From positions 248,001-312,000 of IMG/VR virus record IMGVR_UViG_3300019776_000324: 64,000 nucleotides of DNA; one strand, written 5' to 3'. Below, piece by piece: positions 19,307 through 29,600 of the stretch (position 1 is the first letter of the stretch; each line of letters begins with the position of its first letter). The notes under the pieces were generated by a model, which saw nothing but the letters and a program-made list of their open reading frames with translations, ran no database searches and was not told where the DNA came from. The translations under genes and the position numbers were made by a program.

Positions 19307-19783
19307 ATGTCGGAACAAGGAAAAGAAGTGTTAGACGGAGATAAAAAAGAAGACTGGATGAATGCCAAATGGCGTCCAATGATGGGTTGGATGTACATGC
19401 TGGTATGTACAATGGACTTTGTTGTATTCCCAATCCTATGGGGTATCTTACAAACCCTAGGTGGCGGTAAAGTAGAAACACAATGGATGCCAATCACCCT
19501 TCAAGGTGCAGGATTGTTCCATATGGCCATGGGTGCTATTATCGGTGTTGCAGCATTTGGTCGTACACAAGAGAAGTTAGCAGGCGCAAGCCAAGTTGGT
19601 ACAACTGTAGCGGCACCTACACCAAGTTTTGGTAGTTCTTCTGCACCAGCACCAAGTTTTGGCAATGCACCGTTGGGTGGTAATTCAGTAAGCACCGCTC
19701 CTGCGTTTAACAGCGCACCAGCTCCAGCATTTGGTGGTACTAAACCTGTTGCTCCGCCTCCAGCGGCTCAACCAGAACTATAA
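19307..19783 (+). CDS. Putative holin
   Basis: W...WRP.MGW.Y, TM segments, G...FGRT.EK; position in lysis cassette. Confidence 0.7.
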   Translation: MSEQGKEVLDGDKKEDWMNAKWRPMMGWMYMLVCTMDFVVFPILWGILQTLGGGKVETQWMPITLQGAGLFHMAMGAIIGVAAFGRTQEKLAGASQVGTTVAAPTPSFGSSSAPAPSFGNAPLGGNSVSTAPAFNSAPAPAFGGTKPVAPPPAAQPEL

Positions 19784-19793
19784 GGATAACAAA

Positions 19794-19991
19794 ATGAAAA
19801 AATTAATCGCACTAGTGTTAGTGGCATTTGCAACTACAGCATTTGCTAAAGCAGAAGTCAAAAAGGTTTGCCATACAGACCCAAAAACCAAGAAGGAAGT
19901 GTGTAAGAATGTTAAAACACACAAAAAGGTAGAAGGCACAAAGGTTCCTGAAAAGGCACCAGCACCAGCCAAAAAACTAGCCAAGAAGTAA
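19794..19991 (+). CDS. Small secreted Lys-rich protein
   Basis: Signal peptide MKKLIALVLVAFATTAFA, two Cys; AAGGA RBS. Confidence 0.65.
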   Translation: MKKLIALVLVAFATTAFAKAEVKKVCHTDPKTKKEVCKNVKTHKKVEGTKVPEKAPAPAKKLAKK

Positions 19992-20020
19992 TTGACAGTA
20001 CCCCGAGCAGACAGTATAAT
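19992..20020 (+). promoter_or_regulatory. Consensus sigma70 promoter TTGACA-17-TATAAT for dnaJ
   Basis: Perfect consensus and spacing. Confidence 0.8.
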
Positions 20021-20045
20021 TAATATGCTGTCTGCTTTTTCTTTT
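20006..20045 (+). terminator. Intrinsic terminator after the lysis cassette
   Basis: AGCAGACAGTATA/TATGCTGTCTGCT 13-bp stem followed by TTTTCTTTT. Confidence 0.75.
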
Positions 20046-20047
20046 AT

Positions 20048-20836
20048 ATGAATAACTATTACCAAACCTTGGGTGTCAATCGTGATGCCAGCGCCGACGA
20101 AATCAAGCGAGCTTATCGCAAGCTGGCCAGCCAACATCATCCTGACAAAGGTGGCGATAAAACCCGTTTTCAAGAAATACAAAAGGCCTATGAAATCCTA
20201 GGCGATCCACAAAAGCGAGCACAGCACGATAATCCAATGAGTCAGGGCCGTGGATTTAATTTTAATGTCAACAACGGTCAATTTGATTTTGAATCTATAT
20301 TTGATATTTTTGGTGCTCGTTTTCACCATCCTGGTCAACAGCGTCAAAAACAACGAGCCATGATGAGCTTGTGGATTACTCTGCGTGATGCAGTAGTAGG
20401 CGGACAACGCACAGTAAGCATAGGCACACAGCAAGGCACACAAGCAGTAGAAATAGATATCCCGCCAGGAATAAACGAAGGCGAAAGCATTCAGTATCCA
20501 GGAATTGGACCAGGCGGTATTGATTTGATTATTACTTTTAGAGTACACCCAGATCCCAAGTGGGCTCGTCAAGGGCTTACCTTACATACAGAACACCCAG
20601 TTTCTGTTTGGGATCTTATACTAGGTTGTGAAACACCCATTAGAGATATTAATGGTAATGCCTTGAGTTTGACCATTCCTGCTGGCACACAGCCCGGAAC
20701 CATGTTAAGATTGCGTGGCCGTGGAATCACAACAAAACAAGGGCAATCGGGCGACCTGCTGGTTTTGATACAAGCCCGTTTACCAGACAACATTCCAGAA
20801 GAATTACTAACCCAAATTCGCCAAAATCGCAACTAA
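20048..20836 (+). CDS. dnaJ: DnaJ/CbpA-class co-chaperone (no Zn finger)
   Basis: J domain YYQTLGV..IKRAYRKLA..HHPDKGG; DnaJ C-terminal domain. Confidence 0.92.
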   Translation: MNNYYQTLGVNRDASADEIKRAYRKLASQHHPDKGGDKTRFQEIQKAYEILGDPQKRAQHDNPMSQGRGFNFNVNNGQFDFESIFDIFGARFHHPGQQRQKQRAMMSLWITLRDAVVGGQRTVSIGTQQGTQAVEIDIPPGINEGESIQYPGIGPGGIDLIITFRVHPDPKWARQGLTLHTEHPVSVWDLILGCETPIRDINGNALSLTIPAGTQPGTMLRLRGRGITTKQGQSGDLLVLIQARLPDNIPEELLTQIRQNRN

Positions 20837-20852
20837 TAAGTATTCATATAGA

Positions 20853-20881
20853 TTGCATTTTAATTCGATACATAGTATAAT
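20853..20881 (+). promoter_or_regulatory. sigma70-type promoter TTGCAT-17-TATAAT for clpA
   Basis: 17-nt spacer, consensus -10. Confidence 0.6.
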
Positions 20882-20911
20882 AGTGGTACAGGATATTATT
20901 TAAAGGAAGCT

Positions 20912-23191
20912 ATGCAAAACAATCCAGAAATCGAACAAATAGTTGAATCCGCAGTTAAAATTGCCCGTGATCTCAAACACGAGTATGTTTTAACCGAACA
21001 TGTGTTATTGGCATTGATTCGCTATAATCCGTTTAATAAAGTTTTAGAAAAATTTGGCACTGACATTACCATGTTAGACGCCGAGCTCGAATCATATCTG
21101 CATAGCCTAACCAGCTTGGTCACGGACAAGAATGTCCAGCCTAAAAAGACCAATGCACTTGAACGCTGTTTTAATCGTGCCATGACACAGGTTCTGTTTA
21201 CAGGCCGTCGCACAATGACCACAGCTGACTTGTACCTAGCAATGATGGCTGAAAACAATAGCCACGCACACTACTACTTGTTAAAGTACGGTATCAAGAA
21301 ACAGGAGTTTATGGATTTCTGGAACACCAACTACAATCAAGCAGATGCAGTAATCAGCGATCAACAAGCCAACGAAATCCTAACTGAACATTGTACTAAC
21401 CTTACCAAGTTGGCCAATGAAGATCGACTAGAACCAATGATTGGCCGTAGTGACGAACTACAAGAAATGATCACTGTACTAGCCCGTAGATTCAAACCCA
21501 ATGTGATCATGGTAGGTGATCCTGGTGTAGGTAAAACTGCCATCATCGAAGGACTTGCACAAGAAATTGCACAGGGCCGTGTACCTGAGTTTATTCGAGA
21601 CAACGAAGTATGGTCATTAGAAATTGGATCATTGCTTGCTGGTAGCAAATACCGTGGTGAGTTTGAAGAAAAGTTCAAGCAAGTTATCCAAGCATTAGAA
21701 GCCAAGAAGAATTGTATCTTGTTTATTGACGAAGCACACACTATGATGGGTGCTGGTAGTTCCAGCAACAGTAGTCTGGACTTTGCCAACATGCTAAAGC
21801 CGGCTATTACCAAAGGCAACATCAAGGTTGTAGCAAGTACAACTTGGGAAGAATACTACGAGAGCTTTGAAAAGGATCGTGCCCTGATGCGTCGCTTCCA
21901 TCGTGTCAGCATCGACGAGCCAAGCAATGAAGTTACTGAACAGATTCTTATTGGACTCAGTCCACGCTTGGAAAAGTTCCACAATGTGTTAATTGACACT
22001 GATGCTATCACAGCCGCAGTCGAACTGAGTGGCCGCTATATCCATGATCGTAAGAACCCAGACAAGAGTATTGACTTGATTGACGGTGCTTGTGCCAAAG
22101 AGCGTGTAAAAGATCAAGGCAATGTTACTGTTACTCGTGATATGATCATGGCACAGTTGAGTCGTGTAACTGATGTTCCGGTTGATCGACTACAAAATGA
22201 GCGCAGTGCTAATATCCTTGAGCTTGATAGCAATATCAAACAACGCTTGTATGGACAAGATAGCGCAGTAGACGCAGTGCTAGAGCGTGTGTATATCAAC
22301 TTCTCGGGCATTGGCAACAACAAGCGTCCTATTGCCAGCTTCTTGTTCTTAGGACCCACAGGTACAGGTAAAACAGAACTGGCCAAGTTGCTGGCTGAAA
22401 ACTTGGATATGAAACTGCTCAAGTATGACATGAGTGAGTATCAAGAAAAGCACACAGTAAGTAGCTTGATTGGTGCGCCTCCGGGCTATGTGGGCTTTGA
22501 AGATGGCAATGTGGGCGGTGGTAAACTCATCAGTGATGTAAGCAAGAACCCATTTAGTATCTTGTTGTTTGATGAAATTGAAAAGGCTCATCCAGATGTA
22601 ACCAATATCATGTTACAAATGCTAGACGAAGCCCGCATCACAAGTAGCAACGGTAAAACTGTAGATCTCAAGAACTGCATTATTATCATGACCAGTAACT
22701 TGGGTGCCCGCGACAACGAACAAAACAACATTGGCTTTGGACAAAGTTTAGAAAAGACCGGTAGTGAAGATAAAGCAATGAAGGACTTCTTCAAGCCAGA
22801 GTTGCGTAATCGTATTGATCAAGTATGTAAATTTGTCAAACTCGACAGCTTGGCTGTTAAGAAAGTTGTTGTTAAATTTGTTGATGAACTTAAAGTTAGT
22901 TTAGAAGCCAAGAACATTCGTTTAACTTTGACTGAATCTGCTATTGAGTTACTAGCAGAGCAGGGTTACGATAACAAGATGGGTGCTCGTCCGTTAAGTC
23001 GTAAAATTGACGAACTTATCCGTGTGCCATTGAGTAAGCGTATATTGTTTGATCAACTTGAAAATTGCACAATTCATGTGGTCACTCGTGATGGTGCTAT
23101 TGACTTTGTTACTGATGATCCAAACAGTGTACAACCTGTGGTAAACGAGGATGGGTATATAGTTCTTGACCAATTTAAACCTAACATTTAA
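20912..23191 (+). CDS. clpA: ATP-dependent Clp protease ATP-binding subunit ClpA
   Basis: Clp N-domain, two AAA+ modules (GDPGVGKT, GPTGTGKT), IGF ClpP-docking loop, GARPL; no ClpB M-domain. Confidence 0.93.
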   Translation: MQNNPEIEQIVESAVKIARDLKHEYVLTEHVLLALIRYNPFNKVLEKFGTDITMLDAELESYLHSLTSLVTDKNVQPKKTNALERCFNRAMTQVLFTGRRTMTTADLYLAMMAENNSHAHYYLLKYGIKKQEFMDFWNTNYNQADAVISDQQANEILTEHCTNLTKLANEDRLEPMIGRSDELQEMITVLARRFKPNVIMVGDPGVGKTAIIEGLAQEIAQGRVPEFIRDNEVWSLEIGSLLAGSKYRGEFEEKFKQVIQALEAKKNCILFIDEAHTMMGAGSSSNSSLDFANMLKPAITKGNIKVVASTTWEEYYESFEKDRALMRRFHRVSIDEPSNEVTEQILIGLSPRLEKFHNVLIDTDAITAAVELSGRYIHDRKNPDKSIDLIDGACAKERVKDQGNVTVTRDMIMAQLSRVTDVPVDRLQNERSANILELDSNIKQRLYGQDSAVDAVLERVYINFSGIGNNKRPIASFLFLGPTGTGKTELAKLLAENLDMKLLKYDMSEYQEKHTVSSLIGAPPGYVGFEDGNVGGGKLISDVSKNPFSILLFDEIEKAHPDVTNIMLQMLDEARITSSNGKTVDLKNCIIIMTSNLGARDNEQNNIGFGQSLEKTGSEDKAMKDFFKPELRNRIDQVCKFVKLDSLAVKKVVVKFVDELKVSLEAKNIRLTLTESAIELLAEQGYDNKMGARPLSRKIDELIRVPLSKRILFDQLENCTIHVVTRDGAIDFVTDDPNSVQPVVNEDGYIVLDQFKPNI

Positions 23192-23855
23192 ACCAGTTGT
23201 AAAAGACCAGCTATTTTATAATCGTTACAACTATTGCTTCGGCTTTACCCTGGCCGAAGCAAATTCCATGCGTGGACTGGATCACAAGGTAATTGATTCC
23301 AGACTGGATCAACGAATCGAATGGCGAGAAATTGCTCGACAGCGTTGGCAATCAGTGTTGCACGGAGGATCCACAGGATTAAATCCAATCACTGATCAAG
23401 TCAGAGAAGATTTGCACCGAGTATGTGATATGCTGGCCGATAAAACTTGTAAACTAGTGGTCAGTACAAATTTTGGCTGGGTATATACCAATGATTTAAC
23501 TCTAATAGATCAGCTTAGACAAGTCAGATGTTTGACAAACAAAACCTATACACAAGCTGTGGTCAATCGTCCAAGAAATACTGTACGATTAAAGAGAAGT
23601 ACTTACCAATACAGGAGTTATTTTCACAGTATCAAGTTGTCCACTGTGGAAAAAGAAATAATTAAAAACTTCTTTATTAACCAACAAGAGCATGTTAGAA
23701 CTAGTCCTAGTTTTAAACACTGGCTGTATGAATCGCCCTATTTGCGTGTTCAAGACTATTATTTTATAGATTATACTGGCGATCAGTGGCTAACCATGCT
23801 TAGTTTAATTAGGCCAGGATTAATTCGTAAAACCCAGACAATTATCACTAAATAA
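23166..23855 (+). CDS. Hypothetical protein
   Basis: 229-aa ORF. Confidence 0.65.
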   Translation: MTNLNLTFKPVVKDQLFYNRYNYCFGFTLAEANSMRGLDHKVIDSRLDQRIEWREIARQRWQSVLHGGSTGLNPITDQVREDLHRVCDMLADKTCKLVVSTNFGWVYTNDLTLIDQLRQVRCLTNKTYTQAVVNRPRNTVRLKRSTYQYRSYFHSIKLSTVEKEIIKNFFINQQEHVRTSPSFKHWLYESPYLRVQDYYFIDYTGDQWLTMLSLIRPGLIRKTQTIITK

Positions 23856-23861
23856 TACACT

Positions 23862-24029
23862 ATGGCAAAATTAATCGAACAAACCCTTATTATTACTGTT
23901 AGCAGAATGGTTCCAAATTCTATTGACAATCCAAACTTACCATTGCATGCAGAAAACATAGCAGAAATTGCTAGTGTTGTAGAAGCATTGGCTGGCGAAA
24001 ATACTCTGGTAGAAATTCAACAAGCATAA
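23862..24029 (+). CDS. Small hypothetical late protein, 55 aa, not in ORF track
   Basis: MAKLIEQTLIITVS...; TAAATA 7 nt upstream; TAATG coupling to next gene. Confidence 0.65.
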   Translation: MAKLIEQTLIITVSRMVPNSIDNPNLPLHAENIAEIASVVEALAGENTLVEIQQA

Positions 24030-24397
24030 TGAATTCTTATACCACTGTAACTTTACTTCCTGCTACAGTTAACGGCACACCATCCGGCAACTATGATGGC
24101 AGTAGCATGGAATTTTATGGTAATAGCTTGCCTGCTGCCAACTACTACAATGGACAAGGCAACTTGCAAACCATTGGATATCGTGTCAGCGACTTTGTAG
24201 GCATCGTTACTATTCAAGCCACACTACAAGATGCTCCAGATCAAAGTCATTGGTTTGATATAGATCATTACGGTGATGGCATCGACCCAGTTAGCAGTTA
24301 TCACACATCATCAGTGATTGGCAATTTTGCTCATGTGCGAGCACATGTCACTGAATTTTCCGCAGGCACTATTACCTTAGTAACAGCAGCATATTAA
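24029..24397 (+). CDS. Hypothetical (possibly structural, beta-rich) protein
   Basis: 122-aa ORF in late operon. Confidence 0.65.
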   Translation: MNSYTTVTLLPATVNGTPSGNYDGSSMEFYGNSLPAANYYNGQGNLQTIGYRVSDFVGIVTIQATLQDAPDQSHWFDIDHYGDGIDPVSSYHTSSVIGNFAHVRAHVTEFSAGTITLVTAAY

Positions 24398-24411
24398 CTT
24401 CAAATAAAATT

Positions 24412-24849
24412 ATGTCCGACACTGTACAGATATCCTGTAAAATCAACACCTCTGATGCGTCAGCACGACTGGGCTTGGAAATTCTAATAGACAACAATGT
24501 AATATTTGATTCTGACCATATTAAAGAAGAAATTGATTTTAGTTACGATTTAAATGATGACGAAGGCGAGCATTTATTAAATTTCGTTTTGAAAAATAAA
24601 ACTGCAACAGACACAGTAGTTGACGCAGACGGAAATATTCTTAAAGATGCCAGATTAATTATTTCAGACTTGGCATTTGATGGAATTAAATTAAATCAAA
24701 TTTTCATTGATCGAGCTGTATATGTTCACAATTATAATAATTCCGGAGACACTATACTGGACAAATTCTATGGTGAAATGGGTTGTAACGGCTCAGTAAA
24801 CCTGGAATTTACCACACCCATATACCTGTGGCTCTTAGAGAACATGTAA
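24412..24849 (+). CDS. Hypothetical protein
   Basis: 145-aa ORF. Confidence 0.65.
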   Translation: MSDTVQISCKINTSDASARLGLEILIDNNVIFDSDHIKEEIDFSYDLNDDEGEHLLNFVLKNKTATDTVVDADGNILKDARLIISDLAFDGIKLNQIFIDRAVYVHNYNNSGDTILDKFYGEMGCNGSVNLEFTTPIYLWLLENM

Positions 24850-24865
24850 CCATAAATATTAGATT

Positions 24866-25624
24866 ATGAATTTACTTGTTGTTTACCCTGGCAGATTCCA
24901 CCCATTTCATCTAGGGCATAAAGCCAGCTACGATTATCTTGCAAAAAAATACGGTGCAGATAATGTTTATATTGCCACTAGCGATGTACAGGCTCCTGTA
25001 ACCAGTCCATTTAGTTATGCAGATAAAGTCTCAATGATGACCAAGCTGGGTATTCCTGCAGGTCATATTGTAAAAGTACGCAATCCATATCAAGTAAAAG
25101 AATTAACAGATAATCTTCCTGACCCCGAAAATACAGCACTTATATTTGCTGTGAGTCAAAAAGACATGGCTGGAGATGGTGCTCGATTTAAATTTGGCAC
25201 AAAAAAGAATGGTGATCCCAGCTACATGCAAGCCCTGCCTGAAAATCTTAAAAAATTACAGCCATTGACCAAACATGCTTATGTGGATGTTGCGCCCACT
25301 GTCAACTTCCGTGTAAAAGGCGCAGATGCCAATAGTGCCAGTGAAATTCGCAAGATGTATATTGCTGGAAATGATGCTGACCGTGATCAAATCATAACTG
25401 ATTTATATGGAACTTATTATCCAGAATTGCGTGATATATTTGATGCCAAATTGGGTGCCAGTGAACGAGCACAAAACATAGTTCAAGAAGCTCGCCGTGG
25501 TAATTTAAGTGCAATCAAAGTATTAGAACAATTATTAATATTAGAGCGCCAAGCTCACGCCACAGGTCCTACTGAAGTGCTAGTAGAAGACTATATCGAC
25601 GAAAAAAAGCCTAGGAAAATTTAA
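24866..25624 (+). CDS. Cytidylyltransferase-like (HxGH) nucleotidyltransferase
   Basis: YPGRFHPFHLGH, SASEIR. Confidence 0.8.
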   Translation: MNLLVVYPGRFHPFHLGHKASYDYLAKKYGADNVYIATSDVQAPVTSPFSYADKVSMMTKLGIPAGHIVKVRNPYQVKELTDNLPDPENTALIFAVSQKDMAGDGARFKFGTKKNGDPSYMQALPENLKKLQPLTKHAYVDVAPTVNFRVKGADANSASEIRKMYIAGNDADRDQIITDLYGTYYPELRDIFDAKLGASERAQNIVQEARRGNLSAIKVLEQLLILERQAHATGPTEVLVEDYIDEKKPRKI

Positions 25625-25674
25625 CCACACCTGTTATACTCTATTAAATATCAGACACTTTAATAGAGGAAACC

Positions 25675-26583
25675 ATGGCTGAAAACCAAGCAACACCAAC
25701 AACACAAACACCAGGCAGTAATGTAAATGATGTAACTGAGCAACCACAGCCAGGGCAACAACAAATCCAAGTTAATATTGATTATTTAAAAACTACCCGT
25801 GTGCATATTTGTATGCCGTGTTATGGTGGTATGTTAACAGAATCCTGTTTTATGAGTTACATTAAATGGGCCAATATTTGCCGTCAAATTGGCATTGATT
25901 GGACAATGGAAACAATGACTAATGAAAGTTTAATTAGTCGTGCTAGAAATACATTAACAGCTAAATTCCTACACAATAAAGAATCTACTCATTTGATGTT
26001 TATTGATGCTGACATTGGCTGGGAGCCATGGCACCTGTTGGTAATGTTAAATCGCGATGTGGATGTTATTGGCGGTTTATACCCAATGAAATCATTACCA
26101 GTTAAATGGTGTGTAAATGGCTTTGAAGGCGCTGAAGAAGGCCCAGATGGCCTGCAAGAAGTAAGCAAAACAGGCACAGGCTTTATGCTGATCAAGCGTG
26201 GAGTATTTGAGAAATTAGATGCGCACCCTGCTACCAAACCATTTATGAATGATATCGGCTTGCCTGCAGAATTAAACCCTTACATGAAAACATACTTTGA
26301 CACAGCAGTTCGTGAGAACCGTTACTATTCAGAGGACTGGACATTCTGTGAAAACTGGCGTGACTTAGGCGGTAAAGTTTGGGTAGACAAGCGTGTGTTG
26401 CTCAAGCACACAGGAACTTATGTGTTTGATTATGCAGCTCAAGATCAACTGTATAAAGATCTACACAGTTTAGCCCTGACCAATAACACAGCTCTTGGCG
26501 GTCCTGTTGGCACAGCAGCACCAGTTGATGCTCCTAAACCTGCAGAAGCTAAAGTATTGGCCAGCAAAAAGAAAAAGAAATAA
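25675..26583 (+). CDS. GT-A fold glycosyltransferase-like protein
   Basis: ESLISRARN, THLMFIDADI (DxD), GTGFMLIKR.VFE, YSEDWTFC. Confidence 0.8.
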   Translation: MAENQATPTTQTPGSNVNDVTEQPQPGQQQIQVNIDYLKTTRVHICMPCYGGMLTESCFMSYIKWANICRQIGIDWTMETMTNESLISRARNTLTAKFLHNKESTHLMFIDADIGWEPWHLLVMLNRDVDVIGGLYPMKSLPVKWCVNGFEGAEEGPDGLQEVSKTGTGFMLIKRGVFEKLDAHPATKPFMNDIGLPAELNPYMKTYFDTAVRENRYYSEDWTFCENWRDLGGKVWVDKRVLLKHTGTYVFDYAAQDQLYKDLHSLALTNNTALGGPVGTAAPVDAPKPAEAKVLASKKKKK

Positions 26584-26605
26584 ACATAATAACCCTGTAT
26601 AACAC

Positions 26606-26633
26606 GAGCCGCTTTGATAGCGGCTTTTGTTTT
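26606..26633 (+). terminator. Intrinsic terminator
   Basis: GAGCCGCT-TTGAT-AGCGGCTT followed by TTGTTTT. Confidence 0.75.
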
Positions 26634-26649
26634 ACAAATAAATACATCT

Positions 26650-29600
26650 ATGAACATTCTTGAATTAGATTCCTATAATCTTGCTGACGCAGTTAAATTT
26701 AATAAAACATTAAATCCTAAAATCTGGGCTGGCGAAACAATGCGCCCCGAAGTTAGAGAAAAGCTATTAGCTATTGCTGAGGATTTTAAAGAATTTCTAG
26801 GCTTAAGTGACATTGAAGTCAAAGACATTACAGTGTCTGGCAGTAATGCCAACTACAGCTATACACCATACAGTGATATTGACTTGCATTTGGTAGTTGA
26901 TATTCCCCGTGCAGACAATGATGAAGTTTATCGTGAATTGTTTGATGCTAAAAAATATCAATACAACGATTTACATGATTACAAAATTGGCGGTTACGAT
27001 GTTGAGTTGTATGTAGAAAACGCAAACGAACCTCCTGTTTCTAAAGGTGTATACTCTATATTAAACAGCGACTGGATAAATATTCCTCGCAAGATTCGCA
27101 GTGAAGTCAACGACAATGCAGTTCGTAGCAAGTACGAAGATCTAAAACACCGTATTGACAATGCCATTGCTAGTGATGATTCTCAAGTGATTGATCGCTT
27201 GGCCAAGAAAATTAAAGATCTGCGTCAAGCAGGACTAGATGCACATGGCGAACTAGGAGCAGAAAATCTTGCTTATAAAATGTTACGCACACAGGGCAAG
27301 ATTAAAGAATTATACGATGCTCGTAATGCAGCCAAAGATCAAGAATTAAGTTTAAAAGAACGAGCACCAAAAGAAAAATTCACTTATGGATTTAAAGAAG
27401 ATGTTGGTATGAGCTGGGACGGAGTTAGTCCTACAACCAAAATGTTCTTGAGTGAAGAACCACCCGAACTCACAGACGAAGAAGTACTACGAGATTTTAT
27501 TAAATTCTGCGTTCAAGAATTAAAAATTGAAGCATTACCCAAAGTCAAGTTGCGCAGAGATCCACAGTGGAGTGTGCGTAACAAAACATTTGGTCGTTAT
27601 ATCAACGACATTCATACCTTGGAAGTGGCATTTGGTCAACGACACATCATGGATGTGCTCCGTACAGTGGCACACGAATTAACACACAAACATCAACACG
27701 AGCGTGACGGTGCCAAGATGGGTGCAGATGCAGGTGAAACTGGCAGTCCATGGGAAAATGAAGCCAATGCCCGTGCTGGTATTCTAATGCGTGACTATGG
27801 TCGACTACATCCAGAATTGTTTGATAGTAGCCAAACTGAATTGGGCGAAAGTGCCAGCGGTTATATTCCTACTAAGAAACAGGCCAACGATCCTCGTTTC
27901 AAAATGGCACTTACCAAAGATATTCGTCCGGGACAACTAGGCAAAGAAGCAAACAAATTAAAATTAAAGACAGACAGTCAGGGTCATCCACAAATAGCTA
28001 ACCCAAATGGCCTGTTTGAAAAACTAGCATTAGAATTAAATCAGTTCAAGCGCCGTGGTACTGTATTAGAGTCTGAGCAGTTGGATGAAGTTAGTATGCG
28101 TCCCAGCAGTCTTAAACAGTTTGCCAACAGCGAAGAAGCCAAGGGCATACAAGCTGGCTTTGAAGCAGAATTAATTTTCCGTGACACTACCAGCGATGAA
28201 AATGATGGCGAGGACATGGAACCTGACTATGACATGGACGAGCGTTGCCGTAGCATTAGTCAAGTTGTAGAGTTTTTCCAAGATGACGAATACGGATACG
28301 GATTAACTGAGCGTCAAGCTTCACGCTTACAAGACAGCTTGGACGAACAGTACATGGAGTGGTCAGACGAGCAAATGTACGACGCCTGGCGCGATGAGCG
28401 TGATGAATTGATTAAAGATGCGTGGTTGCGTGAAAAATCAATGGACGAGCGCATTCATGCTGCCCTAGTAGACGGATTAGATTTAACAGATGCGCAAGCC
28501 GATGCTGTTGTTAAACTGCACGATGATCGTGCCAGTGGCAAAATCAAAGGCAGTGAAATGAGCGATGAGCAGTTGGAGATGGCCAGCCAGTACAGCGAAG
28601 CTGTTTCCATTGCTGAAGATATTTTACAAGAAGATGTTGAACAAACCATAGAAAAAGAAGATGGTTTCTATGATGAAGTCTTAGATGATTTCCGCAGTAA
28701 TTTTTATGTTGATGATGATTCGGGCTTTTTTGATGATGTTGGCCTGCGCTGGATGAGTGATGTTGCTAACTCATATGACTTGGGTTGGCCTTATCTAACT
28801 GGCGGTGGCGGCAATGATGGCTCACGCAGTTGGGAAGAAATTGGCGATAGTTTACAACAAGCTGTTGATATGCCGGTTAAAGTAAGTAGCGGATATCACA
28901 GTGCTACACGCAAACCAGGTTTGTGGATTGTAGAACCAGACTCTAGTTTAGAACCAGATGATCGTGAAGATTATGGTTTAGAAATTGTAAGCCCTCCTAT
29001 GCCGTTGGAGCAGGCTTTAGAAAAATTAAAACAAGTTGCTGACTGGGCCAACCGCGAGGGTGATGCTTATACCAACAGTTCAACTGGCTTACATATGGGC
29101 GTAAGTGTACCTTACAAAGGTGGTGATGTTGACTACTTAAAGTTGATCCTGTTCCTAGGCGATGAGTATGTGTTAAAATCATTTGGTCGTCAAGCCAACA
29201 CCTATACCAAGAGTGCAATGAGCAAGTTTAAAGAAAACATCAAAGGTGGCCGTACTGATCCAATGAGCGTGATCAAACTCATGCAACACGGCCTGCTTGA
29301 GTTGGCACAGCGTGAAGTACAAAAAGGTGTTGGTGAAGGCAAGTATACCAGTGCTCACAAACAAAACAAATATATTGAATTCCGTAGTGCCGGAGGAGAT
29401 TGGTTAGCAGGTACCAATCCAATGCTAGGCGAAGCTGATGATGGATTTGTCGCTGGTAGTATGGACAAATTACAAAACACCATGATGCGCTATGCCTATG
29501 CCATGTATCTGGCAAGTCGTCCAGATCTTGAGCGCAGAGAATATGCTAAAAAGTTATACAAGCTAATTGCTCCCGAAGGCGATAGTCAACTGGCCCTGTT

